Part shown: piece by piece, positions 19,584 to 29,296 of the stretch | Position numbering within the stretch: position 1 is the first letter of the stretch | Layout of the letters: each line of letters begins with the position of its first letter | Assembly (NCBI GenBank): GCA_031364845.1 | Contig: JANLWX010000180.1 | Span: 1-46,394 of the forward strand | Source: Candidatus Eiseniibacteriota bacterium | GTDB lineage: Bacteria > Eisenbacteria > RBG-16-71-46 | Length of the DNA: 46,394 nucleotides | Direction: 5' to 3' | Made by a program: the position numbers and the translations under genes | Notes under the pieces: generated by a model | Database searches by the model: none | What the model was told of the DNA's origin: nothing | Seen by the model: only the letters and a program-made list of their open reading frames with translations

Positions 19584-20297
19584 CTAGTTCGTCGCCTGAG
19601 CGGCGCCCGCCCCCAGCGCGGTCATGAACTGCCGCGCCGATGCCGGAACCTTCGGGGCCTTCTGTTCGAAGACCAGCTGCTTCAGCGTCACGGGCGTTCC
19701 GTAGAACTCCTTGTTGTGCTTCTTGTCCGCGGTGAGCCGCGCGCCCGTCAGTGCCGCGCCGACGAACAGTCCCTTGGACTTTGCGTAGGTATAGATCTCG
19801 GCGTCGAGCTTGAGGTCGGTACCCGCCTCGATGCTGCGACCCATTGGACCTGCCGCCACTCCCGCCTGGCCACCGAGCGTAATTTTGCTGCTCGTCATCA
19901 ATGAACGCGCGCCGCGTTCGCTCATGAAGAACAACACCAGGTCGCTGGTCTCAGCACCAATCTGCGGGCCGAAGCTGCCGCCCTTGAGACCGATGAAGCT
20001 CGGAGGGCTCCACACGCCGGCTTCGTTGCGGCAGCTCATGACGCCAGTTCCGAACCGTGCGCCGTAGACCATCGCGCCCTTGACCGCGTGCGGAATCACG
20101 GTGACACACTTGCACTTCGAAAGGAGCGCTTCGGGAACGCCCCGATCCGGCGCGTTGAGCAGCTCCTGATACACGGCCGTGGCATTCTCGAGCTTCTGAT
20201 CGAGCTCGCCTTTCGGTTCTTCGGCAAAGGCTGCGGTGGACAGCGCGAGAGCGCTGATGGCCGCGATGGCCGCGATGGTACGTGCGAACTTATTCAT
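19584..20297 (-). CDS. Lipid-binding SYLF (Ysc84) domain protein, secreted
   Basis: WSPPSF, GGSFGPQIGAE..DLV, YTYAKSKGLFVG motifs; signal peptide from ATG 20297. Confidence 0.9.
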   Translation of the reverse strand: MNKFARTIAAIAAISALALSTAAFAEEPKGELDQKLENATAVYQELLNAPDRGVPEALLSKCKCVTVIPHAVKGAMVYGARFGTGVMSCRNEAGVWSPPSFIGLKGGSFGPQIGAETSDLVLFFMSERGARSLMTSSKITLGGQAGVAAGPMGRSIEAGTDLKLDAEIYTYAKSKGLFVGAALTGARLTADKKHNKEFYGTPVTLKQLVFEQKAPKVPASARQFMTALGAGAAQATN

Positions 20298-20373
20298 GGG
20301 CGGAACCCTCCTGGTCGACGATGGAATCGGATACACGGACACGGCAAAGCGGTGCGCCGGTCCTGAGGCAAAT

Positions 20374-20389
20374 AGCCAGATCGATGCCA
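20374..20389 (-). promoter_or_regulatory. Weak sigma54 promoter candidate
   Basis: Minus strand TGGCAT-CGATC-TGGCT (GG-N10-GC) upstream of the SYLF gene. Confidence 0.35.
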
Positions 20390-20560
20390 CGGAGGGGTTT
20401 GCGCCGATAATCGTGAAAGTCGTTGAAAGTGCGACGATCACGCCTTCATTTGCCTGACATCGCGTTGATGATCGATGGCAATTGAAGAGGATGGCGAACC
20501 CGAATCTTCAAAACGGGTAGGGATTGCACAGCGCCACCGGGCAGGGGCCGAGGCCCCTCC

Positions 20561-21523
20561 TCATCGGTATCGGGCCTTCACACTCCCCCACGAAACCCGG
20601 CGTGCCGGGGTGGCGATCGCCGCGAACTTCTGAACCCGGCTGTTGTCCTTGTCCACGATGTAGACCGCGCCCGAGCCATCGTGGGCCGCCGCGGTCGGAT
20701 GATTGAATTGCCCCGCGCCGGTTCCGAAGCTGCCCCACTCGCTGACGAACGAGCCGTCGGGCCGGAACGCCTGGATGCGATGGTTTCCTCCATCGGGCAC
20801 GATGACGAATCCGTCGGGATCGACACTCGGCGCGCCCGGTGAGTCGAGTTGTCCCGGGCCGCTTCCGAAGGAGCCGAAGCCCGTCACGAACGTCCCGGTG
20901 AGCGTGAACTTCTGAACGCGATGTGTGTGGCCGTCGGCGACGTAGACGAATCCCGCGTGATCGCATGAGATTCCAAACGGCAGCATGAATTGGCCGTCTC
21001 CCGCGCCTTCGGTCCCCCACTTCGTCACGAATACGCCATTGGCGGTGAACTTCTGGATGCGGTGATTCAGCCAGTCGCCGACGTAGACGTATCCGTCGGC
21101 ATCCACGGCGATGCCGAGCGCATAGTCGAACTCGCCATCGGCCGAGCCCCGCACGCCCCATGTCTCGAGAGGGGCGCCGCTCGCCGTGAACCGGGACACA
21201 TGATGGTCCGCGCTCACGTAGACGCTGCCGTCCGGTCCCAGCGCGATGCCGTTCGGAAATGGAGTCGCCCACTGCGAGACGAATCCGCCGTTCACATCGA
21301 AGCGCTGGATGCGGTTGTTGAGCAGGTCGGCGACGTAGACGTCGCCATCGGGCGAAGCGGCAAGGAAGTGGGCAAACGAGAACTGCCCGGTCGCGGCCCC
21401 GGCCGAGCCCCACAGCCGCACGAAGGCCGGGGCTCCATAGCCGAGTGCCTCGGGCGGCACGCTGGCAACGGTGGTCGCGAGCGCAATCGCGGCGAGCGCG
21501 GAAAGAATGGACTTCGTGCGCAT
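20561..21523 (-). CDS. Secreted NHL-repeat six-bladed beta-propeller with C-terminal SWGxxKxxYR motif
   Basis: Repeats of G.G.GQF..P.GIA.D..G.VYVAD..N.RIQKF; signal peptide from MRTKSIL. Confidence 0.9.
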   Translation of the reverse strand: MRTKSILSALAAIALATTVASVPPEALGYGAPAFVRLWGSAGAATGQFSFAHFLAASPDGDVYVADLLNNRIQRFDVNGGFVSQWATPFPNGIALGPDGSVYVSADHHVSRFTASGAPLETWGVRGSADGEFDYALGIAVDADGYVYVGDWLNHRIQKFTANGVFVTKWGTEGAGDGQFMLPFGISCDHAGFVYVADGHTHRVQKFTLTGTFVTGFGSFGSGPGQLDSPGAPSVDPDGFVIVPDGGNHRIQAFRPDGSFVSEWGSFGTGAGQFNHPTAAAHDGSGAVYIVDKDNSRVQKFAAIATPARRVSWGSVKARYR

Positions 21524-21754
21524 CGAGTGTTCTCCTCGAACCCGGTCCCGGATGATGGGAAGTTCGGTCCGTCCGATCATCGCGCATCGGCGCGCTGCGA
21601 TCGAATGCTCAAGTGACCAATGGCTGCCGGGAGGGCCGAATCGCGGCGGTTGAAGACGAAACGACAAAGCGCGACGATGTGCTCCGCGAGTCTGTAATGA
21701 GATCCGGCGTTCGTAGAGTCGCGAGCGTATTTGGAACCGAGCCCCGGAGGCCGC

Positions 21755-22996
21755 ATGACCGCCGACATCCGTCCGACCTCGAGCCCCGCGCCGCGCCGCC
21801 CGCGCGCGCTGGCATGGTTCGCGCTACTCGTGCTTCCGCTCGTGGTGCTTGCCGCGGTGATCGTGCCGGTGTTTCTCATCCAGCCGTTCGCTTCGCAGAC
21901 ACAGGGCGAACTCCGGCTCTCGTATTTCTTGCGCGCCGCGGCGCCACTCATGACGATCCTCGTGCTCGCCGGCGCCGTCGTGGCCACACTGTATTTGTGG
22001 CGCAGCGCTCGCTGGTGGCAGCGCGCGGCGATCGGGTTGGGCGTGGTGATAGCTGGCGTCGCCGCATGGTTCGCGCAGCAGAACCACTTCGAATGGATGT
22101 TCGCGCCTCTCGAAGTCGTCGCCTTCGCGAAAGCGGATGAAACGACGTTTGTCGAGGGCACCGACAAAGTGCTGGCGGTCGAGATCAACGGTGACGCGGC
22201 TGCCTATCCCCTGCGACAGCTCGCCTACCACCATCTTGTCCAGGACGCCGTGGGGGGCGTTCCCATCGCCGTCACGTATTGAACGCTGTGCCACACCGGT
22301 CTGGTGTGGGAGACAACGGTCGATGGGCGTACGCTGCACTTTCGCCTGTCCGGCATCAACGATCAGAACTTTTTCATGCGCGATCGTGAGACCGGTTCGT
22401 GGTGGCAGCAGGTCACCGGCAAATCCATGGTCGGACCGCTCGAAGGGCGCAAGCTCGCCATGGTCGCGCACGACGAGATTTCGTTCGCGACCTGGAAGCG
22501 CGAGCAGCCGGGCGGGCGCGTGCTGAAACCGGATCCGCGCGCCGCGCCGAAGTACGCGCCTGCGAACTGGGAGCAACGCATGGCCAGGGTGCCGACGGTG
22601 ACGCCGGTCGTTCCCGGCGATCCGCTCACGCCTCGCGAGCTCGTGCTCGGGATCGCGGTCGGTGAGGCGTCGAAGGCGTATCCAATGTCGAAGCTCGCCC
22701 AAGCGGTACCGGTGTCGGACACGCTGGGAGGCGCTGCATACGTGATCGTGCTCGATCGGGATCGCAGCTCGATCCGCGTGTTCGACCGCTCGCTCGATGG
22801 CCGCACGCTCGAGATGTTCGCGTCGCCCGACACCGCGGCGCACGAGTTGATCGATGGCGAGACCGGGAGCCGGTGGGACTTCCGCGGGCACGCGGTGAGC
22901 GGGCCGCTGGCGGGACGCGTGCTCGGGAAGCTTCCCGCGATCAAGGACTACTGGTTCGACTGGAAGAAATATCACCCGTCGACTTTGATCTACTGA
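21755..22996 (+). CDS. DUF3179-domain selenoprotein with N-terminal TM helices; in-frame TGA 22280-22282 read as Sec (U176)
   Basis: Track ORFs 21731..22282 and 22304..22996 share one frame and are separated only by TGA in VTY-TGA-TLCHTG. DUF3179 motifs AYP, DRETGSWWQQ, WFDW...HP.T. SECIS-like hairpin follows. Confidence 0.88.
22284..22318 (+). promoter_or_regulatory. Bacterial SECIS element candidate
   Basis: CCACACC-GGTCT-GGTGTGG (22291-22309) begins 8 nt after the UGA; lower stem CGCTGT/ACAACG has one mismatch. Confidence 0.8.
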
Positions 22997-23020
22997 GTTC
23001 GCACACCGATTTGCGGCGTG

Positions 23021-24160
23021 CTATCGCAGACGCACACTCGGCGACACGCGGAATCCGTCGCGCGCGTCGTCGTCGAGGAAATGCATCTCCAGCTTGAGGC
23101 CGCCGCCGGCCTCTACCGTGAAGACGCCGAACTGATCCCCTTCGTCCTTCTTCTGCATCAACTCGATCTGCGTGATCTTCCACGCGTCGAGCCCGCGGTA
23201 GCCCTTGCCGCCGAGCCACGCCGATTCCTTGCCACGAATATCGCGCGCCCGGCGCAACGATGAACCCACCCACAGCACGCTCGCCCGCGGCCGTCCCGAA
23301 GCGTTGACGACGTCCAGCGTGCGGCCATCGCTACGGCGAGTCACCTGAAAGCGTTCATAGGTGTGCGTGTGTCCGGTGAGCACCACCTGAACTCCGCCGT
23401 CGATCAGAACATCGAGCAGCCGCTTGCCTCCGACCGTCAGGTTCCACAGCCGAGCCGCTTCGTCCTGGTGGACGTTCGACGACTGAACCAGCGGATGGTG
23501 CATCATCACGATCGTGGTCGGCGTGTCGGACGCCTTGCGCTCCAGTTCGGCGGAGAGCCAGTCGAACTGTGCCGCGCGACGCCGGCCTTGTTTGAGGTCG
23601 TCGTAGACCATGTCGTTGCTGTCGAGGAACAGGTAGCGCACCGGACCGATGTCTTTGCGATAGTAGAAGCGCTCGCTCGAGAAGTCCTTGTCGAGGTAGC
23701 CGAGGAACGTTCCTACTGAGCGCCGCGCGAGCGGCGAGTTCTCGCGAGCCTCATGGTTGCCGACCGCCACCAGATACGGCAGCGCGCGCACCGGCTCGAG
23801 GATGCTCCCGGCAAGGTAGTGGAACTGGTCGGCGTGGCGGCCGTCCTGAACGATGTCGCCGCCGTCCGCGATGAACAGGATGCGCTCGTCCGCCTGACTC
23901 AGCTTGCGAATCCTTGCGAGCATCGCCTGCCACTCCCCGTCGGCCTCCGCGCGCTGATCGCCGTAGAACACGAACTTGTAACCCGCCTCGGGGCCGGGGC
24001 TCAGCGCGCGCACGCGGGATTCGATGCTCGGATGCCCCAGCGCGCGCACCGGCTCGCGTGAACTCGACGGCCATTGGCCGTAGGTTCGGGATGCCACGGC
24101 CTGCGAGGTGAGGAACGTCAGCAGGCAGGCGGCCACGAACCATCGTGTCGCGCGAATCAT
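23021..24160 (-). CDS. Secreted metallophosphoesterase (calcineurin-like/PAP)
   Basis: YGDQR, GGDIV, GNHE, MHHP, GHTH; signal peptide. Confidence 0.88.
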   Translation of the reverse strand: MIRATRWFVAACLLTFLTSQAVASRTYGQWPSSSREPVRALGHPSIESRVRALSPGPEAGYKFVFYGDQRAEADGEWQAMLARIRKLSQADERILFIADGGDIVQDGRHADQFHYLAGSILEPVRALPYLVAVGNHEARENSPLARRSVGTFLGYLDKDFSSERFYYRKDIGPVRYLFLDSNDMVYDDLKQGRRRAAQFDWLSAELERKASDTPTTIVMMHHPLVQSSNVHQDEAARLWNLTVGGKRLLDVLIDGGVQVVLTGHTHTYERFQVTRRSDGRTLDVVNASGRPRASVLWVGSSLRRARDIRGKESAWLGGKGYRGLDAWKITQIELMQKKDEGDQFGVFTVEAGGGLKLEMHFLDDDARDGFRVSPSVRLR

Positions 24161-24305
24161 GAGGATCTCCATGGGCGGGTTGCGAAGGGCGGATCGCATG
24201 CGCACAGCATCGAACCCGTCGATCGTCGGTGCTAGATCATCACACGTCGCGTCATGCGGGCAAGCGACGGTCGGCCCCTCCAGCTCACAGCGCGCTCACG
24301 CCGTT

Positions 24306-25133
24306 TCACGCGATCTTACGCGAGCTCACCCGATTGACCGCACGCCGCAGACCTTTCAGATCGATGAAACGTTCGGCCTTCGGCTTCTTTCGCCGCCAGT
24401 AGTCCATCGAGTCGATGACGAGATGCGCTTCGTCGAGATACACGGCCGCCGCGCGCCACGTGAGCCGCTGGTCGCGCATGCCCCACGTATGAACCAGCCA
24501 GATACCGGCTTCATCGTAGTCGCGCGCCCACATCGAATGGCCACCCCATGAGCCCGGCAGCCACTTGCCGATCGGCATCCTTCCCGCCGGGATGTCCCAC
24601 GAGGCCGGCGGGTTGATGCTGCGAAACGCGGCCGGCAGGTTCACGCACACCGCGATCCCGTGCGCGCCCGCGGTCCACAGCGCCGTCCGAAGTTCGTCCT
24701 GGTCGGACGCGTTGATGCGCGTGTACGCGTCGATCGTGAGCGCGCGGCCGCGCATGTCGCGAAACGTGAACGCGGGCCGGCGCCACTCCGACAGCGCATC
24801 CGTTTCGAATGCGCCGTTGTCGCCGCCGCCATAGAGGCGCTCGGACATCTCGCGATAGACCCGAACCACTTCGGCATCGGCGATCTGCGCCGCACGCGAC
24901 GTTTCGAGGCGTTCCATGCGCATCGAGGCGACCGCCTGCTTGGCGCGCGTGCAGTCGCCCCATTCGTTGTTGCCGAACGTCCGGATCGGAAACGCGCCGC
25001 GCGCGGACCAGAAGTCCGTCGCCTTCGGCAGCTTCTTCGGCGCCGCTGCGAAACGGGAGAACATCAGAGCGCGCGTGTCGGACTTGGACGGAAGACGGCC
25101 CAGCTTCTTGGCACCGGCGGGCACGGATTTCAT
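24306..25133 (-). CDS. Putative papain-fold cysteine peptidase
   Basis: GNNEWGDCT (Cys), GGHS (His), YD....VHTWG. Confidence 0.55.
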   Translation of the reverse strand: MKSVPAGAKKLGRLPSKSDTRALMFSRFAAAPKKLPKATDFWSARGAFPIRTFGNNEWGDCTRAKQAVASMRMERLETSRAAQIADAEVVRVYREMSERLYGGGDNGAFETDALSEWRRPAFTFRDMRGRALTIDAYTRINASDQDELRTALWTAGAHGIAVCVNLPAAFRSINPPASWDIPAGRMPIGKWLPGSWGGHSMWARDYDEAGIWLVHTWGMRDQRLTWRAAAVYLDEAHLVIDSMDYWRRKKPKAERFIDLKGLRRAVNRVSSRKIA

Positions 25134-25235
25134 GTCGGGCTCCCTGGGTTTGTAATAGGAGATCGGTCATCATGAATTCGCGTCTGGGATAGACCTACGG
25201 AAATGCACACGCGAAGTTGCCGCGGAGGTGTGACG

Positions 25236-25682
25236 GTGTTCGATTACGCGTGGGTGCGGTTCGTCGTCGCGAGCTTGTTGTTCGGGGCGTACGGGCTGGC
25301 AGACTTCATCGCGCGCGGTCTGGCGGGCGCGGCGCGGCCCGTGCGCGTGAAGCGTCCGCGGTGGTCGCACTTCATCGGTTTCGCCTCGGTGCTGTTCTTC
25401 TACGAGGCGGTCGCGCGTGACGGCCGAGAATTGATGGGCGGCGCGGGAAACCAGGCGGGCGTGGTGTTGGCGGTAGCCGCCATGGTGCTGCGATTCGCGT
25501 GGCGCAAGGGTACGGAGGGATTTCAGCACCCGGACCTCGCGGCGCGGATGTTGTTCTACGCGGCCCTACCGATCGTGATCGGATCCCCGCGCAGCTTCAT
25601 CCTGTTCACGCTCGCTCAGGTCGTGATCGCGATAGACGAAGCGCGCCAACGAGACGCCGCAGCTATCGGTACAGCAGCTTGA
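25236..25682 (+). CDS. Small membrane protein, distantly ICMT/PEMT-like
   Basis: GGAGG SD before GTG 25236; 4-5 hydrophobic segments; QHP...LFYAALPIVIGS. Confidence 0.55.
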   Translation: MFDYAWVRFVVASLLFGAYGLADFIARGLAGAARPVRVKRPRWSHFIGFASVLFFYEAVARDGRELMGGAGNQAGVVLAVAAMVLRFAWRKGTEGFQHPDLAARMLFYAALPIVIGSPRSFILFTLAQVVIAIDEARQRDAAAIGTAA

Positions 25683-25903
25683 GCGTTCCCCACGTCCGCC
25701 GCCAGTCGCGCCACGACCATGTAGGGAAATTCCGAACCCGCGCTGACCACGTCGACCACAGTCCCAACGTAGATTTGCTGGCTCAGGGCTACCGCTTCGG
25801 TGAAGGTCATCTCCCGAGTGCACGAGCACGCCCCCGCCGCTCGCGGGGCTGCCGTGAGCCCCGCGATCAGGACCGCTGCCAGAAACAGTTTCTTCGAAAT
25901 CAT
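25616..25903 (-). pseudogene. Probably truncated bacterial TIMP-like (CxC) secreted protein
   Basis: Strong SD GAGGTGA; signal peptide then ACSC...F.EA......IYVGTV; C-terminus runs antisense into the neighbouring gene. Confidence 0.5.
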
Positions 25904-25952
25904 GCGTCACCTCTCTTCTGCGTCGGCAATCGCCGGGCGGCGCAGCCAGGTG

Positions 25953-26459
25953 CTACATCCAGGGCTCGTCCGCCGAGGGGCCGTACATCGAAGGCACCTT
26001 CCCGCCCGCCATGCGCAGATACACCGAAAGCTGCCCGCGATGGTGGATCTGATCCATCAGCGACAGCCACAGCACATCCATGCGGCGCATGTCGCCCATG
26101 GTTCCGGGCCCCGTCATGAACTTCATCGTCTGGTTCAGCTCGTCGTCACTCAACTTGGCGACGCGCGCCGCCGTCTCGCGCGATGACTTCTCGAACGGCG
26201 GAATCACCTCGACAAAGTTGGCCGGCGCTTCCGGCGGCTTGCGTGACATGTCGAGCTGTCCTTTGATCGCCGCGTCCGCGAGTGTCATCTGTTCGAGCGC
26301 GAACATCCATCCCAGCTCGCGCGCCGACATCGACCGCTCGTGCGGCTTGAAGTTTCCCTCCGACGGCGGAAACGCGCGCAATACTTTCAGTGTGATCTGA
26401 CACTCACGTTCCAGCTGCTGCAGGAACATGTCTTTTTCGGTCATGATCTTCTGCGTCAT
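25953..26459 (-). CDS. DinB family protein
   Basis: FKPHERSMSAREL and IHHRGQLSVYLRMAGGKVPSMYGPSADE. Confidence 0.92.
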   Translation of the reverse strand: MTQKIMTEKDMFLQQLERECQITLKVLRAFPPSEGNFKPHERSMSARELGWMFALEQMTLADAAIKGQLDMSRKPPEAPANFVEVIPPFEKSSRETAARVAKLSDDELNQTMKFMTGPGTMGDMRRMDVLWLSLMDQIHHRGQLSVYLRMAGGKVPSMYGPSADEPWM

Positions 26460-26600
26460 TCAGCGACTCCTTCGCGGACTGTGGAGGTTCGATGCACCGG
26501 CATTCGGCGGCCGCGAACCCCCTGACCCTACGCCCGCGGCGACAGGACTCGTAAGCGGTTTTTTTCCGGAGATACCGGGACGCCGGGAGTCCGCGCCGGG

Positions 26601-27590
26601 TCAGGGCTTACGGGCGGAGACCACGCTCGTCGGCGGGTAGTAGGGAGCGCGCTCGATCTCGCGAAACCCCGCTGCCGTGAGCCACGAGGCGTAGGTCGCT
26701 GCGGTCTGCTCCACATCGGCGGCGCCCCAATTGATGTCCTCGAGACAGAACAGAACCGGAAGCAGCGGACTCGTGCGGCCCTCTTCGAGCATCCATCCGC
26801 TCAGCAGCACGCGCCCGCCCGAAGGCAGCCGATCGAAGATCCGCCCGAACAGCGTCTGATTCGCGCGCGGCGTGGCGACCGACAGCAGATTCGCGAGCAG
26901 CACGGCGTCGCATCCCGCAGGGAGCGCATCGGTGGCGAAGTCGCCTTCGATCACCTGGATGCGCTCGGAGAGTCCGGCGGCACCGATGGTCACACGCGCG
27001 ACCGCGGCGATCGCGGGCATCTCGTACACGATCGCCTCGAGTTCCAGATAGCGGCGGCACAACGCGATCGACATCGCGCCGGTTCCGCCGCCGAGATCGA
27101 GCAGCCGGCGCTGATGCGATAGGTCGATGGTCTCCGCCAGCGCCTCGCCCGTGAGCAGCACCAGTTCGTGCTGTGCCAGCGCCGCCGCCGCTTCGTCGCC
27201 CGAAGGCGGCGACGCCAAGGGCGTCACGCCGGAACTCCACGAACGCAACCTCTCGGTGAGCCCTTGCCACGCCGGATACGAATCGCGGTCGTAGCGGCGG
27301 AACGCCTGCCCCAGATACGTCGGCGTTCCCCTCACCAGGAACCGCTCGACATCCGGGGTGTTGCGGAACTTCCCCCGCTCGCATTCGAGCAACCCGATCG
27401 CCACGCACGCGTTGAGGAAACGATCGGTCGCGATCGGATCGGTGCCCAGCAACGGCGCGAGTTGCGCCACCGAACTGGCCCCGCCTGCCACCAGCGTGGC
27501 AACATCCAGTTCGATCAGCGCGAACAGCACTTTCGAACGTTGATACGCGGTGGCCAGATCGAGCAGACGAGCCGGTGATGAAATGGACAT
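26601..27590 (-). CDS. SAM-dependent O-methyltransferase (dimerisation plus Methyltransf_2 domains)
   Basis: SKVLFALIEL, LDLGGGTG, GDF motifs. Confidence 0.9.
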   Translation of the reverse strand: MSISSPARLLDLATAYQRSKVLFALIELDVATLVAGGASSVAQLAPLLGTDPIATDRFLNACVAIGLLECERGKFRNTPDVERFLVRGTPTYLGQAFRRYDRDSYPAWQGLTERLRSWSSGVTPLASPPSGDEAAAALAQHELVLLTGEALAETIDLSHQRRLLDLGGGTGAMSIALCRRYLELEAIVYEMPAIAAVARVTIGAAGLSERIQVIEGDFATDALPAGCDAVLLANLLSVATPRANQTLFGRIFDRLPSGGRVLLSGWMLEEGRTSPLLPVLFCLEDINWGAADVEQTAATYASWLTAAGFREIERAPYYPPTSVVSARKP

Positions 27591-27645
27591 GAGCGGATCT
27601 TACGCCATGGCGCCGCTCACGCGTGCCGAACAAGGAGATATTCGA

Positions 27646-28647
27646 ATGACCGAAGCGACCCTTGCGCCCCCGACCGGAGAAGAGATCCGCGAAGCGCGCC
27701 TGCGCATCGGCGGCATCGCGGTGCGCACACCGTTGCTCAATCTGCCGCCGCGACCCGGCGAGCCCGAGATCTGGCTCAAGCTCGAGACCCTGCAGCCGAT
27801 CGGCTCGTTCAAGATTCGCGGCGCCGCCAACGCGATGGCCCTCGCCCCGCGCGAGGAACTCGCGAAAGGCGTCATCACCGCGAGCGCCGGCAACATGGCG
27901 CAGGGCGTCGCCTGGTGCGCCCGCGAAGCCGGCGTGCCGTGCACGGTGGTCGTGCCCGACAACGCTCCGCGCGCAAAGCTCGACGCCGTCGAAGCGCTCG
28001 GAGCCACGATCATCCCGTTGCCGTTCGAACGCTGGTGGAAGGTGCTCGTCGACCGCCGGTACGAGCACGCCGAAGGATTCTTCGTGCATCCCGTCAGCGA
28101 CGCCGCCGTGATCGCCGGGAATGGGACGATCGGACTCGAGATTCTCGATGATCTGCCGCACGTCGCATCGGTGCTGGTGCCCTATGGAGGAGGCGGTCTT
28201 TCGTGCGGGATTGCGTCGGCATTGCGGGCAGCGGGATCGTTCGCGTCGACGTTTGCATGCGAAGTCGGGACGGCGGCGCCTCTGGCCGCTTCGCTCGCCG
28301 CCGGAGCGCCGAGCGCAATCGATCATCGAGCGAGCTTCGTGGATGGAATCGGAGGGCGGAGCCTGCTCGAAGAGATGTGGCCCCTCGCGTCGACGCTGTT
28401 GGCGGGCACGTGCGTCGTGACGCTGGAAGAAATCGCCGATGCGATCCGCGCTTTGGTCTCGCGGATGCGGGTCGTTGCCGAAGGCGCGGGAGCCGCGGGA
28501 GTGGCGGCGGCATTCTCGGGACGCGCTGCGCTGGGATCGGGCGGCGTCAGCGTCCCGATACCGCCGGGGCCGATCGTGTGCGTGGTGTCGGGCGGGAATA
28601 TCGATCGGGCGAAGCTGGCGGTGATTCTGGAGGGACGGTTGCCTTAG
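27646..28647 (+). CDS. PLP-dependent threonine/serine dehydratase family enzyme
   Basis: AAGGAG SD; LQPIGSFKIRGA, TASAGN, GGGGL, SGGNID; no ACT domain. Confidence 0.92.
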   Translation: MTEATLAPPTGEEIREARLRIGGIAVRTPLLNLPPRPGEPEIWLKLETLQPIGSFKIRGAANAMALAPREELAKGVITASAGNMAQGVAWCAREAGVPCTVVVPDNAPRAKLDAVEALGATIIPLPFERWWKVLVDRRYEHAEGFFVHPVSDAAVIAGNGTIGLEILDDLPHVASVLVPYGGGGLSCGIASALRAAGSFASTFACEVGTAAPLAASLAAGAPSAIDHRASFVDGIGGRSLLEEMWPLASTLLAGTCVVTLEEIADAIRALVSRMRVVAEGAGAAGVAAAFSGRAALGSGGVSVPIPPGPIVCVVSGGNIDRAKLAVILEGRLP

Positions 28648-28651
28648 GGCC

Positions 28652-29188
28652 TCACTGAGCAACGATCGCATACTCCACCTCGTCCGCCATCACCCCGCGT
28701 ATCTCTTCCGCCCCCACGCGCACCTGGCCGCGCACAAACCCCAGCGCTTCGAGCAATGCGATCGATCGCTGATTACGCGTGTCGACCGTCGCTCGAATGT
28801 CCGCAACGCTCCAGTCGCTCCGCAGGTGATCCATCAACGCCGTCACAGCCTCTCGCGCGTAACCGCAACCCCAGTCTTTACGAAACAGCACGTACGCGAT
28901 GTGCGCGGTGCGATCGGGGTACACCGTCGCCTGAATCCAGCCCACGTAGCGATCGAGTGGCTGAGACCACAGCGCCCAGTTGAGCCAGGCTTCACTGCCG
29001 TCCGGTGACTTCCGTGTCGAGAGGCGGCGATAGCGCTCGACCAGCGCGTCAACGCTCGCGGGCGCCCGGTCGCCGACGAACTCGTAGAGCGTTTCATCCT
29101 GCAATCCGGGAAACAGAGCAGCGGCGTGCGCCTCGACGAGGGGCTCGATTCGTAACCGCTTCGTGTTCAATGCGGCCATCTCGGTCAT
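28652..29188 (-). CDS. GNAT N-acetyltransferase (RimJ/RimL type)
   Basis: SPDG...WLNW, WGCGYAREA, DTRNQRSIALLEALGF. Confidence 0.9.
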   Translation of the reverse strand: MTEMAALNTKRLRIEPLVEAHAAALFPGLQDETLYEFVGDRAPASVDALVERYRRLSTRKSPDGSEAWLNWALWSQPLDRYVGWIQATVYPDRTAHIAYVLFRKDWGCGYAREAVTALMDHLRSDWSVADIRATVDTRNQRSIALLEALGFVRGQVRVGAEEIRGVMADEVEYAIVAQ

Positions 29189-29247
29189 CGCCCGTCCTCC
29201 GACACGGACCTTCGCAGCATGGTTGCGAAACTCGAAGCCGAAAGAGC

Positions 29248-29281
29248 AAAAAAAAAACCGGAGACCCGAGGGTCTCCGGTT
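29248..29281 (-). terminator. Rho-independent terminator
   Basis: Minus strand AACCGGAGACC-CTCG-GGTCTCCGG followed by T10, just after the PDZ gene stop. Confidence 0.92.
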
Positions 29282-29296
29282 CTCAACGTCAGAACG

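Noticed and set aside
22280..22282. Reading DUF3179 as a nonsense pseudogene or two separate genes
   Set aside because: The TGA sits at the first position of a CxxC-like motif and is followed by a SECIS-like hairpin, which favours Sec recoding.
26601..28647. Secondary-metabolite cluster from methyltransferase, dehydratase, GNAT and DinB
   Set aside because: Mixed orientations and no scaffold-forming enzyme or precursor peptide.
26608..28671. 687-aa minus-strand ORF
   Set aside because: Overlaps the dehydratase antisense and the methyltransferase out of frame; low-complexity translation.
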